64,000 bases of DNA from an uncultured Alphaproteobacteria bacterium (lineage in GTDB: Bacteria > Pseudomonadota > Alphaproteobacteria > RF32 > CAG-239): the NCBI GenBank assembly GCA_944391475.1, contig CALXTR010000006.1:6127-70126 (forward strand), given 5' to 3'. Below, piece after piece: positions 60,181 to 64,000 of the stretch. The position numbers were made by a program, and so were the translations under genes. The notes beneath the pieces are model-generated. The model saw nothing but the letters and a program-made list of their open reading frames with translations. It was not told where the DNA came from and ran no database searches. Each line of letters begins with the position of its first letter. Positions within the stretch are counted from its first letter, which is position 1.

Positions 60181-61113
60181 TTACATAAAAATATTTTCAG
60201 GAGTATAGTCACCATAGGCAAAAGCCTTACCGTCAATAAAGCGGTGGTTTTTATCCAAAGCGGCAATTTTTTGCATATCCGCTCCGTCTAGTTGCACGCT
60301 GAGTGCATTGAAATTTTCCTGAATGCGCTCAAAATGAACCGATTTGGGAATAACAACCGCATTCCGATTAATCGCCCAAGCCAACAGCACTTGCGCCGGA
60401 GAAATTTCTAAGCGTTTGGCAATATCGCCAATTACCTCGTTTTGGAGTAGATTATCGCTTTCATTGGTATCATGATGAGAACCCAGCGGTGAATATGCCA
60501 TCAGCGCAATTTCATTTTTAAGGCAAAAATCACGCAGTTCATTTTGTTGCAAGAAGGGATGATGCTCCACCTGATTAACCGCCGGTATGATTTCAGCTTG
60601 TTCGATTAGGGACGAAAGATTGCGCTCACCAAAGTTAGATACCCCAATTGAGTGTACCAAACCAAGCTTTTGAGCTTTTTCCATCTCGGCCCAGGTCAAA
60701 TAAATCGGCAGTTGTTTGAGTGAAATCATATCATCATCATGCGCCGGCATCAGCACACCTTTCTTTTGTGCCACCGGCCAGTGAATAAGATATAAGTCGA
60801 GATATTCAAGTTGCAAATCTTGCAAAGTTTGCTTGAGAGCCGGAAGCACATCTTCGGGCGCATGGCGGTCATTCCAAAGTTTTGAAACAATAAACAAATC
60901 CTCGCGTTTGACATCACCTTCGGCAATGGCATCATGCAACGCCTGCCCGATTTCTTTTTCGTTACCATAAATGGCAGCGCAATCAATCAGCTGATACCCA
61001 AGCTTAATTGCCCAGCGGACGGCCTGATACACCTCGCCAGCCTGCGAGCGCCAAGTTCCCAGCCCCAAAATCGGCATTTCCAAATCATTGTTAAGTTTAA
61101 TTTTTTTCATCAT
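60181..61113 (-). CDS. aldo/keto reductase
   Basis: GLGTW, IDCA.IYGNE, SKLWN, DLYLIHWP, IGVSNF, IPKS. Confidence 0.93.
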   Translation of the reverse strand: MMKKIKLNNDLEMPILGLGTWRSQAGEVYQAVRWAIKLGYQLIDCAAIYGNEKEIGQALHDAIAEGDVKREDLFIVSKLWNDRHAPEDVLPALKQTLQDLQLEYLDLYLIHWPVAQKKGVLMPAHDDDMISLKQLPIYLTWAEMEKAQKLGLVHSIGVSNFGERNLSSLIEQAEIIPAVNQVEHHPFLQQNELRDFCLKNEIALMAYSPLGSHHDTNESDNLLQNEVIGDIAKRLEISPAQVLLAWAINRNAVVIPKSVHFERIQENFNALSVQLDGADMQKIAALDKNHRFIDGKAFAYGDYTPENIFM

Positions 61114-61247
61114 TTTCTCCTTATCTGAGCCCAAATACATAAGCAATATAATCGCTCGCAAGTTAGCTTAAAGTCTGCGGCAAGAAAATTAGCCGTAAGT
61201 ATTGTTTTTGATTAGTTGATGATTATATAGCGGACATGGAGGACCTC

Positions 61248-61628
61248 ATGACTGACGAGGAATTCAAAAAGAAACTCACCCCTGAGCAATATCACATTAT
61301 GCGCGAAAAAGGTACCGAAATGGCTTTTTCTGGTAAATATACCGAGTTTGACGAAGACGGCATATATGTCTGCGCCGCCTGCGGCAATCCGCTTTTTGCC
61401 TCCGAACATAAGTTTGATTGCGAATGCGGCTGGCCAACTTTTGATGAAGCTCTCCCCAACCATGTCAAATTTCAAGAAGATTATAGCTATGGCTTTGAGC
61501 GAACCGAGGTTTTGTGCGCTCGTTGCGATTCTCACCTCGGCCACGTTTTTGAGGACGGCCCGACCAGAAGTGGCGAGAGATTTTGCATTAATTCACTGGC
61601 TCTCGACTTTGAACCCCAAGAAAAATAG
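61248..61628 (+). CDS. msrB: peptide-methionine (R)-S-oxide reductase
   Basis: GTE..F, CxxC, CGWP.F, HLGHVF.DGP, RFCINS. Confidence 0.96.
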   Translation: MTDEEFKKKLTPEQYHIMREKGTEMAFSGKYTEFDEDGIYVCAACGNPLFASEHKFDCECGWPTFDEALPNHVKFQEDYSYGFERTEVLCARCDSHLGHVFEDGPTRSGERFCINSLALDFEPQEK

Positions 61629-61644
61629 CAACGCCACGATAATA

Positions 61645-61673
61645 TTGACAAATTTTGCCAAACGCGATATTGT
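61645..61673 (+). promoter_or_regulatory. sigma70-type promoter of the CoaD-like/HD gene
   Basis: TTGACA-17 nt-TATTGT. Confidence 0.6.
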
Positions 61674-61730
61674 GATTTTCAAAATTTGAGATAATTAAGA
61701 CTATTATTAACAATTAAAAAAACAAAAATT

Positions 61731-62966
61731 ATGACAACAACTGTTTTTTTCTCGGGAAGTTTTGAAATCCCGACTAACGGACATTTAGGAATTTGGGCTG
61801 AATTGATAAATGGGTTTGATAAACTCATTATCGGCATTGGCGAAAACTCCCAAAAAATCGCTAACGGCCAAATGTTTTCAACCGAAGAACGGATTGAATT
61901 GATAGTAGCCGCCTTGCAAGATTGGGCCGGTGCTTACCAACTCCGCGGGCTAAACGGACGTATTTTTTCTGCGGCAGAAACCAAAGCTGTTAAAAAATAC
62001 ATCCAAAAACCGGAATGTGTCCAGATTTGTGCTTATCAAGGCTCATCGGTTTTGGCGGCCAAGAAGTACAAAGCCACTCACTTTGTTCGCGGCGAACGCA
62101 TCACCGGCGACCACGATAGTGAAATGGCCTTAGCCGCGGCTAATCGACTGATTGATGAAACTGCCGGCGCCGGCTTGTGCTATCTCACCGTTCCTCTGCC
62201 TCGCGCGGAGCTGACCTTCACTTCCACTTCGGCAGTTAAAGGTTTCTGCGCACTCGGAGAATATATTGCGGCCAAAAGATTGGTCACTCCGACAGTTCAT
62301 AACCTGATTATGAAAAAATATCTGGCTCCGGTTTATGATAAGCTCTGTCTAGGACAAAAGATTCCTGCAGCGGTATGTGACGACACTTACAAGATGTTAT
62401 CACTGCAATACAAACAACGAGCATATCACAATTTTTCGCATATTGCTTACTGTTTGAACTTGCTCAATAACATTCCCAAAATCAACGCTAAAATCAAACC
62501 GTTGTTAGAGCTTGGGTTCTTCTGTCATGACCTTTATCAAAGCTATGATCCTTATGTTGGAAACAAACCGGCCGAATTGGTCTCTGCCCGTTTTTGTGCA
62601 GATTTAATTTTTGGTGACGAGTCCAAACAAGAACAACTGGCGGATAATTTTACCCAGTTGTTTTTAGGCAACAAGGAAACCGACAGTCCTTTCGCAGCTT
62701 ATACGGATATCTTCACGGATATTGATTTTGCCATCTTGGGTGATAGCGCTAACTATGGCGACTATGCTCAGCAAATCTACAGCGAATATGTCATCTGGTG
62801 CGATGTTTCTACATTCCGCCAAGGCCGCATGGAAGTGCTGGAAAAATTGTTAAAACAAGAGCGAATTTTCCGTACGCCCGAGTTTTATGAGCGGTTTGAA
62901 GAAAATGCCCGCTTCAATATCAAACGAGAATTGGGCTATTGGATGGTTGAAGAAAAATTTGCCTAA
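61731..62966 (+). CDS. fusion of a CoaD/PPAT-like nucleotidyltransferase and an HD-superfamily phosphohydrolase
   Basis: N-terminal GSFEIPTNGH, F...ER, VRG.R...D...E; C-terminal RAYHN..HI, HD, D.D.AILG, EY, F..GR..VL, E..AR.N. Confidence 0.8.
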   Translation: MTTTVFFSGSFEIPTNGHLGIWAELINGFDKLIIGIGENSQKIANGQMFSTEERIELIVAALQDWAGAYQLRGLNGRIFSAAETKAVKKYIQKPECVQICAYQGSSVLAAKKYKATHFVRGERITGDHDSEMALAAANRLIDETAGAGLCYLTVPLPRAELTFTSTSAVKGFCALGEYIAAKRLVTPTVHNLIMKKYLAPVYDKLCLGQKIPAAVCDDTYKMLSLQYKQRAYHNFSHIAYCLNLLNNIPKINAKIKPLLELGFFCHDLYQSYDPYVGNKPAELVSARFCADLIFGDESKQEQLADNFTQLFLGNKETDSPFAAYTDIFTDIDFAILGDSANYGDYAQQIYSEYVIWCDVSTFRQGRMEVLEKLLKQERIFRTPEFYERFEENARFNIKRELGYWMVEEKFA

Positions 62967-62986
62967 ACTAAATTATTTTCTAAAAC

Positions 62987-63022
62987 AAAGCTTTCCTCTT
63001 AACGGGGAAAGCTTTTTCTTTT
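62987..63022 (+). terminator. intrinsic terminator
   Basis: aaagctttcctc-ttaac-ggggaaagcttttt. Confidence 0.75.
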
Positions 63023-63071
63023 GCTTGTCAAATCAGCTTTTAAATTTTATGGTGAGAAGTGGAGGAACGCT

Positions 63072-63536
63072 ATGCAAATTTGCCATTACCCAAGCCCGCT
63101 TGGAGTTATCACTATCGGCTGTGAGAATGATTTTATCACCCTGCTCCGATTTGAAAAAATCGCCCCAAGTAAAAATATGATTATTAGCAATAACAAATTG
63201 CTAGAACAAGCTTGTCAACAGTTAGATGAATATTTTATAGGAGCGAGGAAGGAGTTTAACTTGCCGCTCAACCCTAAAGGTACTCCGTTTATGCAAAAAG
63301 TGTGGCAAGCTTTACAAAAAATCCCCTACGGCCAGACCAAGAGTTATCAAGAAATTGCTCAGGAAATTGGCAATATCAAGGCTTGTCGTGCGGTGGGGCT
63401 GGCTAACAATCATAACCCGATTGCCATTTTCATTCCTTGTCATCGGGTCATTGGCAAAAGCGGTCAGCTCACCGGCTACCGAGGTGGATTAACTATCAAA
63501 CAGCAACTGCTCAATTTAGAACAGAAAAATATATAG
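63072..63536 (+). CDS. ogt: methylated-DNA--protein-cysteine methyltransferase
   Basis: GT.F...VW..L..IPYG, RAVG.AN..NP, IPCHRV; ATG 63072 follows GGAGG. Confidence 0.95.
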   Translation: MQICHYPSPLGVITIGCENDFITLLRFEKIAPSKNMIISNNKLLEQACQQLDEYFIGARKEFNLPLNPKGTPFMQKVWQALQKIPYGQTKSYQEIAQEIGNIKACRAVGLANNHNPIAIFIPCHRVIGKSGQLTGYRGGLTIKQQLLNLEQKNI

Positions 63537-63636
63537 CGTCATCCCTCTATAATAGCATCATCCCTTGATTGCGAATCAATCGTCCAACCCATAAAGTCAT
63601 CCCTCGTTTTTCGAAGAAAAACGTCCAGGGATCTAC
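63537..63636. repeat. cluster of REP-like palindromes: one complete (63596-63636), two partial (63537, ~63556)
   Basis: tcatccct occurs three times; inner hairpins gattg-cgaat-caatc and cgtttttc-gaa-gaaaaacg. Confidence 0.7.
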
Positions 63637-63831
63637 CGATTGTTTTATTTTTTCCAAATAGTAAAACAAACTCGAAGCCCCCTTGACGACTACTAACGTA
63701 GTCGAGAGGTGACATACTACTTAAACCGACACATAGATAGCATCGCGGCTCTTAGGCACGATTTCTCAACCTCTAACTCGCCGTGCCGCGCACCCGTCGC
63801 ACGGGCGCACCTGCCACGCAGGCGCGCAAAT

Positions 63832-64000
63832 AAAAAAAAACCGAGCGATGCTCGGTTTTTTTTAATGGCGGAAAGTACAGGAGCTGGGTACTCCCGCAAG
63901 CGGGTCCTCCTCGTCACGTAAGGCTCTGTCTGCGCACTTTGTGCTTGCCAATCGCCAACTATCGACTTCGAACCTTACAGGTTCGCGTCCAACTTCGCCG
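63832..64000 (-). repeat. tRNA-Ser-like 3' fragment (63866-63882) with terminator and split T-arm; unit cut by the window edge
   Basis: tggcggaaagtacagga is the reverse complement of TCCTGTACTTTCCGCCA; ttcgaacct lies 84 nt further on; terminator aaaaaaaaccgagc-gat-gctcggtttttttt. Confidence 0.7.

Noticed and set aside
63709-63921. 70-aa and 66-aa ORFs on opposite strands
   Set aside because: They run through hairpins, a terminator and a tRNA fragment, and are Arg/Ala-rich as expected by chance in GC-rich palindromic DNA.
1-64000. CRISPR array, cas genes, integrase, transposase, rRNA
   Set aside because: No regularly spaced repeat-spacer array and no ORF with the relevant motifs was seen.
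47500-64000. Apparent rise in GC content in the last quarter, as a genomic island or chimeric join
   Set aside because: A visual impression only. The region holds core alpha-type genes, and a sliding-window GC and coverage analysis would be needed.

Overview
A gene-dense, AT-rich chromosomal window from an alphaproteobacterium. The evidence is alpha-type gene orders (dacA-tmk-holB-tatD-MBL hydrolase, mlaD-mlaD-DUF2155, lon-hupB-tRNA-Val, DUF374-waaA-lpxK) and an alpha-type S4. An anaerobic or gut-associated lineage is a plausible inference. The window holds about 55 CDS: housekeeping genes, a complete apbE-rseC-rnfBCDGEA operon in Bacteroidetes-like order, a Gld-like ABC exporter coupled to an orphan PAS kinase, tldD/pmbA, a Firmicutes-like metG outside its usual operon, a truncated nagA and a CoaD-like/HD fusion. 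There are two complete tRNA genes (Lys-CTT, Val-TAC) and a tRNA-Ser-like 3' fragment. I found no CRISPR array, integrase, transposase or rRNA. The most unusual signal is non-coding. Downstream of the tRNA 3' ends lie hairpin-rich units in which a duplicated tRNA 3' end is split at the T-loop by an 82-84 nt insert and followed by a fold-back copy of the T-arm. Next to two of these units are REP-like palindromes whose inner stems differ completely in sequence yet remain paired. All family assignments come from motif recognition by eye, not from database searches.
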